From IMG/VR virus record IMGVR_UViG_3300035698_012088, positions 1 to 64,000 of that record: a DNA stretch of 64,000 nt; one strand, given 5' to 3'. Positions within the stretch are counted from its first letter, which is position 1. The number at the start of each line of letters is the position of its first letter. Of the stretch, positions 1-10,500 are shown piece after piece. The notes beneath the pieces are model-generated. The model saw only the letters and a program-made list of their open reading frames with translations. It did not search any database and was not told where the DNA came from. A program made the translations under genes and the position numbers. The DNA comes from a virus.

Positions 1-141
1 TTTAGAATGTCTGGCTGTAACGTGAATGCCAAGAGAAGTCAACTTATAGCTTGGGCAGAGGGAGCCCCTTATTCAGCAGATGTCTTTGATCATGTATGGG
101 GATACCTTTTGACTCCAGAAGCTAAAAAGAGATTACTATGA
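1..141 (+). CDS. 3' end of hypothetical protein (partial)
   Basis: Frame 1 is open from base 1 (FRMSGCNV...KKRLL) to TGA 139-141, with an ATGA overlap onto the next start. Confidence 0.6.
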   Translation, partial: FRMSGCNVNAKRSQLIAWAEGAPYSADVFDHVWGYLLTPEAKKRLL

Positions 142-842
142 AATTAGGCGGATACATTTTAGCATCATTAATAGAAACCCCAGGTAAAACATCTGCTGTG
201 ATCTTTACAGCTGGGTGTAACTTAAAATGTGGATACTGCCACGCTCCTGACTTACTCAATACCAATATAGATAAAGATATAGAAACAAGAATACACTCAG
301 ATATAGAGAAGAATATAAACTGGATAGACCATATAGTCATAACAGGTGGAGAACCGACCTTACAAGAAGACTTACCTAGATTTATCAAGAACTTTAGAAA
401 ATATAATAAACCTATAAAAATACATACTAATGGCACAGGCCCCTTTATGTTAAATACACTCATAGAAGATAACTTAATAGATACTATCAGCTTAGACTAT
501 AAAACAACCTTAGACCAAGATAGATACTCAGACATAGCTATTCAAAATATCCATATTACAGACATAAAGAAATCATTCAGCATAGTACAAAATAGTAGCA
601 TAGATCGCGAATATAGAACTACCTTGTGTCCTGCCTACATATCCTTACCTATACTTATTAAAATGGCCAAAACCTTAGATGATACTTACCCCTGGATACT
701 CCAGCAATATAGGCCTAAGAACATATTAGATATTGAGAGGGCAGGGCACAAGGTGTTCACTACAAAAGAAATTACTCCTACAGTTAAAGAGTTAAAAGAG
801 ATATATCCAAACATTAGACTATATGGTAAATTTGGGGACTGA
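138..842 (+). CDS. nrdG: Anaerobic ribonucleotide reductase activating radical SAM protein
   Basis: SLIETPGKTSAVIFTAGCNLKCGYCH (CxxxCxxC), ITGGEPTLQ, IHTNGT, EYRTT motifs. Confidence 0.88.
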   Translation: MKLGGYILASLIETPGKTSAVIFTAGCNLKCGYCHAPDLLNTNIDKDIETRIHSDIEKNINWIDHIVITGGEPTLQEDLPRFIKNFRKYNKPIKIHTNGTGPFMLNTLIEDNLIDTISLDYKTTLDQDRYSDIAIQNIHITDIKKSFSIVQNSSIDREYRTTLCPAYISLPILIKMAKTLDDTYPWILQQYRPKNILDIERAGHKVFTTKEITPTVKELKEIYPNIRLYGKFGD

Positions 843-1332
843 AATGACTGAAAGAGACTATTTTAAAAGCATGGCAGAGCAGATCTGTGAAGAGACCTTA
901 CAATTTAAATTACCTAAGATGATAAATGTTAGGTTACTAGGCTCACCCACATATAACCTACAAACCTTTTCTGGGGATATAAGTGTCAAAGAAGATAAAG
1001 TACATGCAGAGAATGCTGGAACCTTAGTAGAGGATGGTAAACTTAAGCCAGATGAAGCTAAAGATGCTTCAGGAGCCTTCCCTTTAATTAAGATACATAG
1101 TAGAACCCTAAACTGGGATTTACAGGATATGACTGAAACTAGACTTAGACCTATGTTTAAGATGATAGCAGAAGAACTAACAGAGATATGTGCTGATTAC
1201 TATGGACATATGAAAGAAAAAATAGGAGGCAACGTCATCTTTATAGTAGCTCCTGTAGAAGGACTTATAATGGAGAATACCACAAGATATAGCCTAACAT
1301 ATTTAGTAAAGGCCTGTGTAAAGCAAGCTTAA
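823..1332 (+). CDS. Hypothetical protein
   Basis: 169-aa ORF overlapping the nrdG stop and followed by a terminator. Confidence 0.7.
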   Translation: MVNLGTEMTERDYFKSMAEQICEETLQFKLPKMINVRLLGSPTYNLQTFSGDISVKEDKVHAENAGTLVEDGKLKPDEAKDASGAFPLIKIHSRTLNWDLQDMTETRLRPMFKMIAEELTEICADYYGHMKEKIGGNVIFIVAPVEGLIMENTTRYSLTYLVKACVKQA

Positions 1333-1350
1333 TAGATATACCTCATATGC

Positions 1351-1389
1351 AAAGGTGACCTGATTTAATTTGGGTCACCTTTTTCTTTT
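1351..1389 (+). terminator. Rho-independent terminator
   Basis: AAAGGTGACC...GGTCACCTTT stem followed by TTCTTTT. Confidence 0.85.
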
Positions 1390-1394
1390 GCAGG

Positions 1395-1410
1395 GTGCAT
1401 ACCTGTGCAC
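1395..1410. promoter_or_regulatory. Imperfect palindrome GTGCATACCTGTGCAC (copy 1)
   Basis: Identical intergenic 16-mer at 39431-39446. Confidence 0.55.
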
Positions 1411-1411
1411 T

Positions 1412-1444
1412 TTGTTTTTGTATAGTCAAGAAGTATAGTATGAT
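1412..1444 (+). promoter_or_regulatory. Probable sigma70-like promoter of the head module
   Basis: TTGTTT-16-TATAGT (1434-1439) upstream of an AGGAGA RBS and ATG 1469. Confidence 0.45.
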
Positions 1445-1468
1445 AAGTACTTGTAGGAGATTTTAATT

Positions 1469-1975
1469 ATGTCTAAACGATCCACTTATGAAATTTTGCA
1501 TATATTCAACAAAGTTGCAGCAGAGATGATGCCAGGACAACCCCAGGCACCTGAACAGGGACAAGAATTGGATAATCTTAACGAAGAGATTACCAAGGAA
1601 AAACTCACCTCAGCAGAGCTTAGTTACAAAGAGCAGATTTCAAAGATCAGAGCTGACAATCTTAACAGAAAGATTGATAAGCTAAACAAACTACAGAAAA
1701 AGAGAGATGCAGAAGACAAACTTAGAGAAAGAGAAGAAGACGCAGCAGAGAAAGCCCAGCAAAAGCAAAAAGAAGATGAGCAGAAACAGCGCCTTGAACT
1801 TCAGGAAAGAGCAGCGCCACCTGTACCTGCCATGGGAGGAGTACCATCAGGGCAGAACTTAGGAGCCCTTTCCCCAGAAGAACAAAGTACCATGATGAAG
1901 ACAGCGGGTATCTTTAGAAACCAAGCAAGACAACTAAAACATTACATTGTGAGCAGACATGGAAAAGTACGGTGA
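1469..1975 (+). CDS. Hypothetical coiled-coil head-module protein
   Basis: AGGAGA RBS; charged coiled coil; KVAA and KTAG motifs. Confidence 0.8.
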   Translation: MSKRSTYEILHIFNKVAAEMMPGQPQAPEQGQELDNLNEEITKEKLTSAELSYKEQISKIRADNLNRKIDKLNKLQKKRDAEDKLREREEDAAEKAQQKQKEDEQKQRLELQERAAPPVPAMGGVPSGQNLGALSPEEQSTMMKTAGIFRNQARQLKHYIVSRHGKVR

Positions 1976-2144
1976 ATATTTGGAAGGTCTTAGAGAGATC
2001 TCAGACAGATTCAAGCAGAGAATATTGAAAAGAAAAGAGGAACAGAAACTACATGGCATCATCAACTCGAAACTTAAGAGGGGTCTTCATAAGCAGAGAA
2101 GAAGTGGAAAATCCCAAGGGGACAAGGAAACACCCAAAGAATAG
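1959..2144 (+). CDS. Possible small basic protein
   Basis: 61 aa, overlaps both neighbours; uncertain. Confidence 0.35.
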   Translation: MEKYGEYLEGLREISDRFKQRILKRKEEQKLHGIINSKLKRGLHKQRRSGKSQGDKETPKE

Positions 2145-2763
2145 ACATTTTCAAATAGACGATGAAGAAGAGGCTGATAAAGGTGAATATAAGTTTGGTG
2201 CCATCAGAAACGGAATGCAGGGAACATTGATCCCTTTAACTGGTGACAGAGGCGGGCCTGAAGGAGAACAGTCTGTATATGGTAGAATAGTAATAGGTAA
2301 AGTTTATTCAGGAGAAGACTGGGATGTAGTAGAAGATCTATTACCGGACTGCCTCTTAGAAGACGCAGATATAGAGCTATCTGAAGAAGGCACTGCAACT
2401 CTCATAGACTCCCTAGAGGACGCTAAGGCAGTCCAGGATAGGGAAGTACAGGAAAAGGCCCTTGAGCAGCAGCTACAAGCCTTAGAAGAGCAGAAGAAAA
2501 AAGAAGACTGTAGTAAAAAGATCAAGATTACTACAAAGTATGGCACCTATAAAGGTAAATGTGTAGATATTGTTAGAGACGGAGAGTACGTCATTTTAGT
2601 ATACAGCGAAGACGCAGCCATATTCACCCCTCCTGTATCTGATGAGAAAATCTCATTATGTTGTGAGGGACACACCTGTGAAGTATATTATAAGGGAGTA
2701 GAAGTATCACTCTCCAGCTTCAACATCTGTTTACAGATTATGGAACTAGTTAAGGACAAGTAA
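2053..2763 (+). CDS. Hypothetical protein
   Basis: 236-aa ORF with a TAATG junction to the next gene. Confidence 0.75.
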   Translation: MASSTRNLRGVFISREEVENPKGTRKHPKNRHFQIDDEEEADKGEYKFGAIRNGMQGTLIPLTGDRGGPEGEQSVYGRIVIGKVYSGEDWDVVEDLLPDCLLEDADIELSEEGTATLIDSLEDAKAVQDREVQEKALEQQLQALEEQKKKEDCSKKIKITTKYGTYKGKCVDIVRDGEYVILVYSEDAAIFTPPVSDEKISLCCEGHTCEVYYKGVEVSLSSFNICLQIMELVKDK

Positions 2764-4661
2764 TGGCATATAACGCTGCATTTACAAATACCCCAGGCAC
2801 TGGGCAGGTAACATCCCCTTTCAAGACATTAACTAGATCCTTATTCCCAAGGACTATGAAAGACATCCTCAGTTGGGGTGAGGAATTATGGTTACATCAT
2901 GGCATTTATTCACAGGCTATTAAGAAAGCTGTGAGATACTTTATGACTGAGTTGGAAATAGAGGGTGATGCAGATCTCTCCTATGATACTAGAAAGAACT
3001 ATAGAGATGTCATTCAAAACAACTATGACATCATGACAGAGCTGTCCACTATAGGAGATGATTATATTGCATTTGGTAATTCTTTTACTTCTCTTTATAT
3101 ACCTTTCATTAGAAATATAGTGTGTCCAGACTGTGGATTCAGATTCCCATTTGAGAAGGGAAGAGAGTTTGTGCAGTGGAAAGAGTTTAAGTTTGTTGGG
3201 ACCTGTCCTAATGCAACATGTAACTTCAAAGGGCAGTTCAAGAGAAAAGATTTGAGAAAACCTGAAGAAGAGTTAAAGCCTACTATTATTAGATGGCCCC
3301 CTCAATACATGAGGATTAAACATCATCCTATCTCAGGTAAGTCAAAATACTACTTAGAAGTAACCAAGTATACAGAGCTTATAGAAGGACTAGAGTCTGG
3401 AGACTCAGTTTTTGTTAACGAGACTCCTTGGGAGATTATTGAAGCTCTCAGAGATGCTAAACACTTTGAATTTGCTGATGATGAGATCTATCACATGAGA
3501 AATCCTATTATTGCCTATACTAATCCAGAGATGAGAGGTTGGGGATTACCTAAGTTTATGTCTGAGTTTGAAACTGCAGTTCTTATTGTACTGTTAGATA
3601 AATACAATGAGTCAATTATAACAGACTATCTCATGCCATTTAGAGTTATTGCTCCACCACAAACAGGTTCAGGGGCAAATGGTAACTCTGCAGACCCCAT
3701 GCTTAATGTATCTTTAGGTAACTTTGTATCTAAAGCTAAGCAGATGCTTAATGCCCATAGAAAGAACCCTACTGGTTGGAACTTCTTCCCTTTCCCTCTA
3801 GAATATCAAATACTAGGTGGAGAGGCTAAAGACTTAACCCCAGTAGATTTAATGGAGCATTTTGAGAGCAGACTGTTGAACTCTATGGGCATCCCTCAAG
3901 AGTTTTATACAGGAACCGTAACTGACTCAGCAGGACCTATTATTGGTTTTAAGATGTTTGAGAGAACCTGGCAGCACTTTACCAAAGAGTTGGATAGATG
4001 GTTGGACTGGTTCATCAATAAGCAGGGTACACTAATGCAGTGGGAGAAGGTTACAGCTACTTTAGTTCCTGTATCCATCTATGAAGATCCAGAGATTAGA
4101 CAGTTAAAGTTAGACTTAGCTGCTTCTAAACAGATATCTAGAACTACGGCCTTTAGAAGTCTTGGTATTGATGTTGAATATGAAGACAAGAGAATTGAAG
4201 AAGAAGAGGATGAGTATAACAAGAGAATGGAAGAGAAGCAAATAAAAGACGCTGAGAAACAGAATGTTCTCGGTGCTACCTATGCTCCATCAGCAGCTGA
4301 AGAAATGCTTCAACAGCAAGAACAAGCTGCAGCAGCCCAACAAGGTGGAGCAGCCCCAGCACCAGCACCAGGAGGAGCAGGAGCAGGAGCAGGACCTCCC
4401 TCTTTGGGTGGGTCAGTGGACCAAGGAGCAGGATCAGGTGGCAGCTTAGATGAGATAATGAATCAAGCTGATCAAATAGCCCAGCAACTATTGACTATGG
4501 AGCCTTCTCAGAGGAAGAGTGAATTGATCAACCTTAAGAAGACCAATGAAGCTCTCCATGCACAGGTTAAGGCTAGATTAGAGACATTAGAACAACAAGC
4601 AGCCCAAACAGGAGTCCAGTTAACAAGAGCTGGAGAATTACCCCCTCCAGGACAAGGATAA
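2763..4661 (+). CDS. Probable portal protein with Zn-ribbon insertion
   Basis: Size, position at the start of the head module, and portal-like segments (DYIAFGNSF, EIYHMR, WGLP, ISRTT); CPDC...CPNATC insertion; Q/G/A-rich tail. Confidence 0.65.
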   Translation: MAYNAAFTNTPGTGQVTSPFKTLTRSLFPRTMKDILSWGEELWLHHGIYSQAIKKAVRYFMTELEIEGDADLSYDTRKNYRDVIQNNYDIMTELSTIGDDYIAFGNSFTSLYIPFIRNIVCPDCGFRFPFEKGREFVQWKEFKFVGTCPNATCNFKGQFKRKDLRKPEEELKPTIIRWPPQYMRIKHHPISGKSKYYLEVTKYTELIEGLESGDSVFVNETPWEIIEALRDAKHFEFADDEIYHMRNPIIAYTNPEMRGWGLPKFMSEFETAVLIVLLDKYNESIITDYLMPFRVIAPPQTGSGANGNSADPMLNVSLGNFVSKAKQMLNAHRKNPTGWNFFPFPLEYQILGGEAKDLTPVDLMEHFESRLLNSMGIPQEFYTGTVTDSAGPIIGFKMFERTWQHFTKELDRWLDWFINKQGTLMQWEKVTATLVPVSIYEDPEIRQLKLDLAASKQISRTTAFRSLGIDVEYEDKRIEEEEDEYNKRMEEKQIKDAEKQNVLGATYAPSAAEEMLQQQEQAAAAQQGGAAPAPAPGGAGAGAGPPSLGGSVDQGAGSGGSLDEIMNQADQIAQQLLTMEPSQRKSELINLKKTNEALHAQVKARLETLEQQAAQTGVQLTRAGELPPPGQG

Positions 4662-4665
4662 AATA

Positions 4666-5178
4666 ATGAGTCAAAAATATTTAGATAAAGACGCTTTCTT
4701 TGAAGGATACGGTCAAATGGAGAAGGAAGCTAAATATAAGATGTTGCTTGCAGGCTTAGCCGCAGCAGGTCTAGGTGGGGCAGCTTATGCAGGGCGAGAT
4801 CAAATTGGGAAAGGAGTGGGTAAAGCTCTCAACTCTGATATGGGAGCCGACCTAACAGGTAAGTTCCTTAATACACAATCTGGTCAAAAGGTAATGGGCT
4901 CTCTAGCCGAAATGGAAGGTGGAGGTAAAGCCTTAGGTACACCTGCTGGCCAAGATGCCATGAAGAAGTTTATTACTAACCCGGATAATGTTGGTTCTAT
5001 GTTTACAGCAGGAAAGAATATGGCCACTCAGGGAGCCAGTTCTCTTTGGGAGAAGCTTAAGACTATGCCTCAGGATCATCCATATGCTACTACTGCAGCT
5101 ATAGCTATTCCACTAATGCTTGCTATGTATAGAATGGGCCAAAGTGGACAGCAACAGCCTAGAGGATATTACAGATAA
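4666..5178 (+). CDS. Gly-zipper putative internal virion protein
   Basis: Leader AFFEGYGQMEKEA, then LLAGLAAAGLGGAAYAG; second hydrophobic segment near the C-terminus. Confidence 0.7.
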   Translation: MSQKYLDKDAFFEGYGQMEKEAKYKMLLAGLAAAGLGGAAYAGRDQIGKGVGKALNSDMGADLTGKFLNTQSGQKVMGSLAEMEGGGKALGTPAGQDAMKKFITNPDNVGSMFTAGKNMATQGASSLWEKLKTMPQDHPYATTAAIAIPLMLAMYRMGQSGQQQPRGYYR

Positions 5179-5954
5179 TGCCAGATCTTGAGAGGTTCGA
5201 TCCATTTAAACTCTACAGAAAACATATAGGCCAGGATCCTAGAATAGAGATCCCAGCCTTAGCTGTTGGTGGAGCAATGGCTGGTAGAGCCTTGTCAGGT
5301 GGAGTTACTAAATTAGCAATGAGGTTACTGTTTGCTGATCTAGCTCCTGAGAAAAGAGCAGACCTTATGTCAAGACTAGACCATAGTAAGATAAAGACTT
5401 TAGGTACAATAGCTGGAGCCCTCTTAGGTGGAGGATATGGTGCCATGAAACATATGGATACAGGTATGGGATTAAAAGGAATGTTTAAGAGTATTTCTGA
5501 CCCCGGCTACTATAATAAGAACCAAGATAGAGATATATTTAGAGATGAAGGTAGAAGAGAGAAATTAGATAATATGTCATATCAGTCTAAAGAGTCTCCC
5601 TTTGAGATGAACCCTTTAAAGAAGTTTGCTAGCTTAGGTACAGATCCTTTTGATAGAGAGGTTATTCCTATTAGACATAGTATGAGATTAATGGAGAATG
5701 ATAGATATCTTGATGCTGCGCAGAGGCAGTTTACTTCTGATATCATATATGGTGCAGACAATAGCAGCTCTGGCTTAACTAGTAAACATAACTTAGCTAG
5801 AAGTGCTGTGAAGATGGGCATAGGGTTTGGAGCAGCATATACTTTTGGACAAGCAGTTGGAGGTATTTTAGCAATGCCCCCCAGAATAACAAATAGAGTG
5901 AGTAAGATAGGTGGCATAGCAGCTGCCATAGGCAATTCAGGAATTTTTAACTAG
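5178..5954 (+). CDS. Gly-zipper putative internal virion protein
   Basis: GxxxG hydrophobic segments; KFAS motif. Confidence 0.7.
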   Translation: MPDLERFDPFKLYRKHIGQDPRIEIPALAVGGAMAGRALSGGVTKLAMRLLFADLAPEKRADLMSRLDHSKIKTLGTIAGALLGGGYGAMKHMDTGMGLKGMFKSISDPGYYNKNQDRDIFRDEGRREKLDNMSYQSKESPFEMNPLKKFASLGTDPFDREVIPIRHSMRLMENDRYLDAAQRQFTSDIIYGADNSSSGLTSKHNLARSAVKMGIGFGAAYTFGQAVGGILAMPPRITNRVSKIGGIAAAIGNSGIFN

Positions 5955-5964
5955 GGACTACACT

Positions 5965-6342
5965 ATGAATAATGAAGCTTTTATGTTAGGGTATATTGAG
6001 AAATACGGTGCTGCACCAATTGTTCCTGGAGGACCGGGAAGAGGTGGGGGTAACATTATTAGTAATATAGTCATGGGTGGAGCAGAGGTGTCTTTCCAGA
6101 TTTTGGATAGACTTAAAACTGCAGCTCTATTAGCTCCTATTTTAGCAGGAGCGGCTGGGGGCATGGCAGCTTCCATGGTAACAAGTCCTGGTAAGAGAGA
6201 TATGGACACACTAGGTCAAGAGATTGTGAATGCAGAATTGAAGCAGTCTTTAGCTCAAACTAAGAGAAGAAGATCGCTATCAATGGAAGAAGATAATGCC
6301 CCAGAGAAGGGCAAAGAAAGAGAGGTTTTTCTAGGTGCATGA
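5965..6342 (+). CDS. Gly-zipper putative internal virion protein
   Basis: Leader AFMLGYIEKYG; ILAGAAGGMAASM segment. Confidence 0.7.
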   Translation: MNNEAFMLGYIEKYGAAPIVPGGPGRGGGNIISNIVMGGAEVSFQILDRLKTAALLAPILAGAAGGMAASMVTSPGKRDMDTLGQEIVNAELKQSLAQTKRRRSLSMEEDNAPEKGKEREVFLGA

Positions 6343-6631
6343 CGGAATGATGTATGAAGGGCTTCCTTACAGAGGTCCCACAATATCCCTAAAGAAGGAT
6401 GATCCTGAATCCAGGCAACCTTTTTTAACATATACAGCTCATGCTAGGGTATTTGACCTTAGCGATGATCTGCAATTAAAAGATTACGAGCAGGTCTGGA
6501 CATCTATAGTTGTAGGCAACTGCGCTATGGGAATTGAAGAAGTTAACTTCAATGCTGTTACAGGAGTCTATTTAGTATTTATGAGATGGACAGAGCAGTT
6601 CTATACTGCCCCGCCTAAGCAGGAGATATAA
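6335..6631 (+). CDS. Hypothetical protein
   Basis: 98-aa ORF coupled to both neighbours. Confidence 0.7.
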   Translation: MHDGMMYEGLPYRGPTISLKKDDPESRQPFLTYTAHARVFDLSDDLQLKDYEQVWTSIVVGNCAMGIEEVNFNAVTGVYLVFMRWTEQFYTAPPKQEI

Positions 6632-7551
6632 TGAGTATTAGAGATACAGTAGAGAAGTGGGTAAGCCCTTTTGATACACAGGATATGCCAGATATTGGGT
6701 CTGACTTAACTGATTACCAGAAATGGGAGTCTAAGGTTGAGAACAAAAGAGCTGTAGGTAAAGCCGCTAAGGTTGGAGCCTCATGGGCTGCATTAGCATT
6801 TGCTGCTAAGTGGCTGATTAATCAGGGAAGCTCAGGAAAGAGAGACAAAGAGAGAGCAAACCTCCAATCTCTTATTAATGCTAAGTATCCCTCTATTACC
6901 CCTGATACTGATACCTCAGATTCTGAAGAAGAAGTAGAGAGAAGAGCTGTAGGTTTAGGTAAGACTGCTGAAGAAGAGTCTACCATTATAAGTCCCTTTA
7001 CTAAAGCCATGAAGTCTATAATGAGGACAGATGTAGCTCCTTGGCAATTAGCCTTAACAGTTGCTGCTATGGTTGGAGGAGCTAAAGGTGGATGGAGTTT
7101 AGCTAGTTCTTTAGGTGAATCCCAAGAAAAGAATGACCTAGAACAGAGCACTACAGACACCAGGAATGAGTTAGATAAGATCACAGCCCAGGAATATGAG
7201 AGATTACACAAGACTGGGGCAGAGAAGAAAGATGTTCCTACAAGTTTAGCAAGACTGCCTTTTGCTTTATATCCAGTTTATGTTGCTGCTGCTTTAGCAG
7301 TATCTTATGCTTCAGCCAAGAAGTACTCGGATAGTAAAGATCCTAATAGAATAGCTAAAAAAGAATTAGAGACCTATCTCAAGGATAAGGCTAAACTAGA
7401 GTCAACCCCTCAGATAATTAATCCAGAAAAGTTTAAGTTTATACCAAAAGAGATGGGAATAAAAGGCTCTACTAATAAAGGTAAAGCTTCTGTAGATGTT
7501 GGAGATAAACCCGCTTTTGCGGAGAATGACCCTTATGCTGGAATTATATAA
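6631..7551 (+). CDS. Hypothetical protein with three hydrophobic segments, putative internal virion protein
   Basis: Hydrophobic helices separated by KTAE and KTGA motifs. Confidence 0.7.
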   Translation: MSIRDTVEKWVSPFDTQDMPDIGSDLTDYQKWESKVENKRAVGKAAKVGASWAALAFAAKWLINQGSSGKRDKERANLQSLINAKYPSITPDTDTSDSEEEVERRAVGLGKTAEEESTIISPFTKAMKSIMRTDVAPWQLALTVAAMVGGAKGGWSLASSLGESQEKNDLEQSTTDTRNELDKITAQEYERLHKTGAEKKDVPTSLARLPFALYPVYVAAALAVSYASAKKYSDSKDPNRIAKKELETYLKDKAKLESTPQIINPEKFKFIPKEMGIKGSTNKGKASVDVGDKPAFAENDPYAGII

Positions 7552-7561
7552 GAGGTAGGTT

Positions 7562-10500
7562 ATGTCCCTATTAATGGAAGTCCTAAAAGAGGCAGGGATG
7601 CCAATTAAAGGATCTATACTCTCAGAGGTTTTAACTGCTCCTCAACCACCATCAGAAGAGATTGGTGTGTCTGAAGATCAGCTTTTGGACTTTGATGACT
7701 ATACTTCAGCTAGACTACAGCTCTTTGATAAGACTCAAATTGCTGTTCAAGAAGCATTCCCCTTAGAGAATGATCAGTATAGCTTATCTGTACAGGATGT
7801 AAAATATAGAGATCCTGACAAATACACCTTATCTGATGAGAAGAAGGCTGTTTCAGAGGGACAGACTTTAGGTAGAAGATTAGTAGGTAGATATGTCGTT
7901 ACAGATAAAGTTACGGGCAAAGTAGCTAATACCTCTGGACTCAGAACTCTTATCAATGTACCCTATTTTACACAGAGAGGGACTTTTATTAGAAATGGGA
8001 CTGAGTATGCTATTCCTAAGCAGCTTAGACTTATTCCTAATGTGTATACAAGACACACTGCTGATGGTAAAGTAGAATCCCAATTTAATGTAGCTCCTAG
8101 AACAGGACCCTCCTTTAGAATACAGATGGATCCTGCTACTTCTCTTTTCTATATGAAAGTATCTAATAGAAAGATTCCGCTATATCCTGTGTTAAGGAAG
8201 ATGGGTGTTTCAGATGAAGACCTTAAGAACACTTGGGGAGGGGGAGTCTTCAAAGTAAACCAGGCCCAGAGAGTATCCCCACATGCTATCAACTGGATGA
8301 GAGACTCCATTGAGAGAGGCGAAGCCATGTTGGAGAAGCAAGGAGAGGAGAATACAGAGCCTGATGAACAGGACAGTGCCAAATTAAGGGCTTACTTCAA
8401 TAATATGGGGTTAGACCCAGAGGCTACTACTTTAACTCTAGGAAAGCCTTATTCTAATGTTACACCGGAGACACTATTAGATTCTACTTCTAAGATCCTA
8501 AAGGTATCTAGAGGACAGGCAGAGACAGATGATAGAGATTCTTTAGCTTTCCAGACTGTACATGATGTTTCAGACTTCCTTCCAGAGAAGATACGACATG
8601 ACCAGAATAGAGTTATGAGAAATTACTTATGGAAGCTAACAGGTAAAGGAGGAGACCCTTCTGTTATTCCTTCTGCTGCCTTGGACAAACACTCAGCTCA
8701 TCTATTTAATACTGCTAAAATTGCACAAGCTATTGAGGAGATATCTCCTTTAGATATATACAATCAGAATCACAGAGTTGTGAGACTAGGAGAGGGAGCA
8801 CTACCCTCTATAGAATCTGCGCCAAGAGAGGCCAGAAATGTGCAACCAAGTTATCTTAACTTCATAGATCCAATCAGGTCACCTGAATCGCTTAGAATTG
8901 GACTGGATCTATTCTTCTCTAGACAGGTGAGAAAGGGCCCAAAGAATCTATTGTACTCTAAGTTTCTTGATCCTAAATCAGGAAAATTACAGTGGGTGAG
9001 TTCTAGGAAAGCAGCTAATGCTATTATAGGATTTCCCGATGCGTTAAAGACTAAAGACAGATATGTTCCAGCTATGTATAAATCTAAAGGTATCTACTAC
9101 GTTCCTAGGGAAAAGGTAGATATGTTTGTACATTCCGGGGATGACCTCTTAAGTGTTGGGGGTACAACAGTACCTTTAGCTTCTGGTATTAAGGGAATGA
9201 GATTCTTGATGGGATCTAAGTATCCCTCTCAATCTCTTCCTCTAGTAAATAGAGAAGCGCCCAATGTACAGAGTCTTGCTAAAAATGGACAGCCTCTATA
9301 CGAATACCTGAGTAAATTCATGGGAGTTAAGAGAGCAGAGGCAGCAGGTGTTGTGACTAAAGTGGGTAAAGAGTCTATGACCATAAAATATGACAACGGT
9401 GAGACTAAAAATGTAGATCTCTACAATACTTTCCCGTTTAGTAGAAAGACCTTCATGCATAATTATCCTACTGTAAAGCTAGGAGATAGGGTTGAGAAGG
9501 ATGGACTATTAGCTACAAGTAACTTCTCCACAGATACCGGAACTGGAGCCCCAGGCAGAAACCTTAGGGTTGCCTACATGGGATATAGAGGTAAGAACTT
9601 TGAAGACGCTACTGTAATCTCAGAAGAAGCCGCTAAGAAGTTAACCTCAGAGCAGATGTATGTAGAGAAAAAGGAAGAGCAAGAGGGACTTAGGTTTAGT
9701 AAGAATACTTTTAGAAATCTATTCCCAACTAAGTTTAAAAAAGACCAATTAGAGAACATTGGGGATAATGGAATAGTAAAACCGGGAACTGTATTAAACT
9801 ACGGTGATCCTATGATCTTAGCCTCCAAAGAGAGAATACCATCCTTGTCTACTCTAGGCAGAAGGGTAAGTACAGATGAATCAAAGGTATGGGAACATTA
9901 TTCTCCAGGAGTTGTGACCAGTGTATCTAAGACTAAGAAGGGCCATTCTGTCTTTGTTAGAAGTAACTCTCCTATGCAAGTTGGAGATAAACTAGCCTTA
10001 CCTTGGGGAGCCAAAGGGATTATCTCAGAGATAGTAAAACAAGAAGATATGCCCAGGGATGCTCAAGGAAAAGCCTTAGAGGTTCTATTAAGTCCTCTAG
10101 GCATTATCTCTAGAACAAATAGTGCTCAATTGGTTGCTGCAGCATTAGGTAAAGTAGCTGCTAAAACAGGTAAGCCTTATGTCCTCCCAGGATTCATGAA
10201 TGAGAACATGGTTGACTTTGCTATGAAAGAATTAGCAGACAATGGTTTAACTGATACAGAAGAATTATATGACCCTTTACTAAAGAAGAGTATACCTAAG
10301 GTTTTTGTAGGTAACACTTATGTGTATAAGCTACAACAAATAGCAGAGTCTAAAGGTAAAGCTAGATCAACAGGATCTTACTCACAAGATGAAGACCCAA
10401 GTAGAGGTGGAAAGTCAGGCTCTAAGCATGTAGGATCTCTGGATCTACAGGCACTACTATCTCATGGAGCTACAGAGGTTATCAAAGACCTTAAGCTCAT

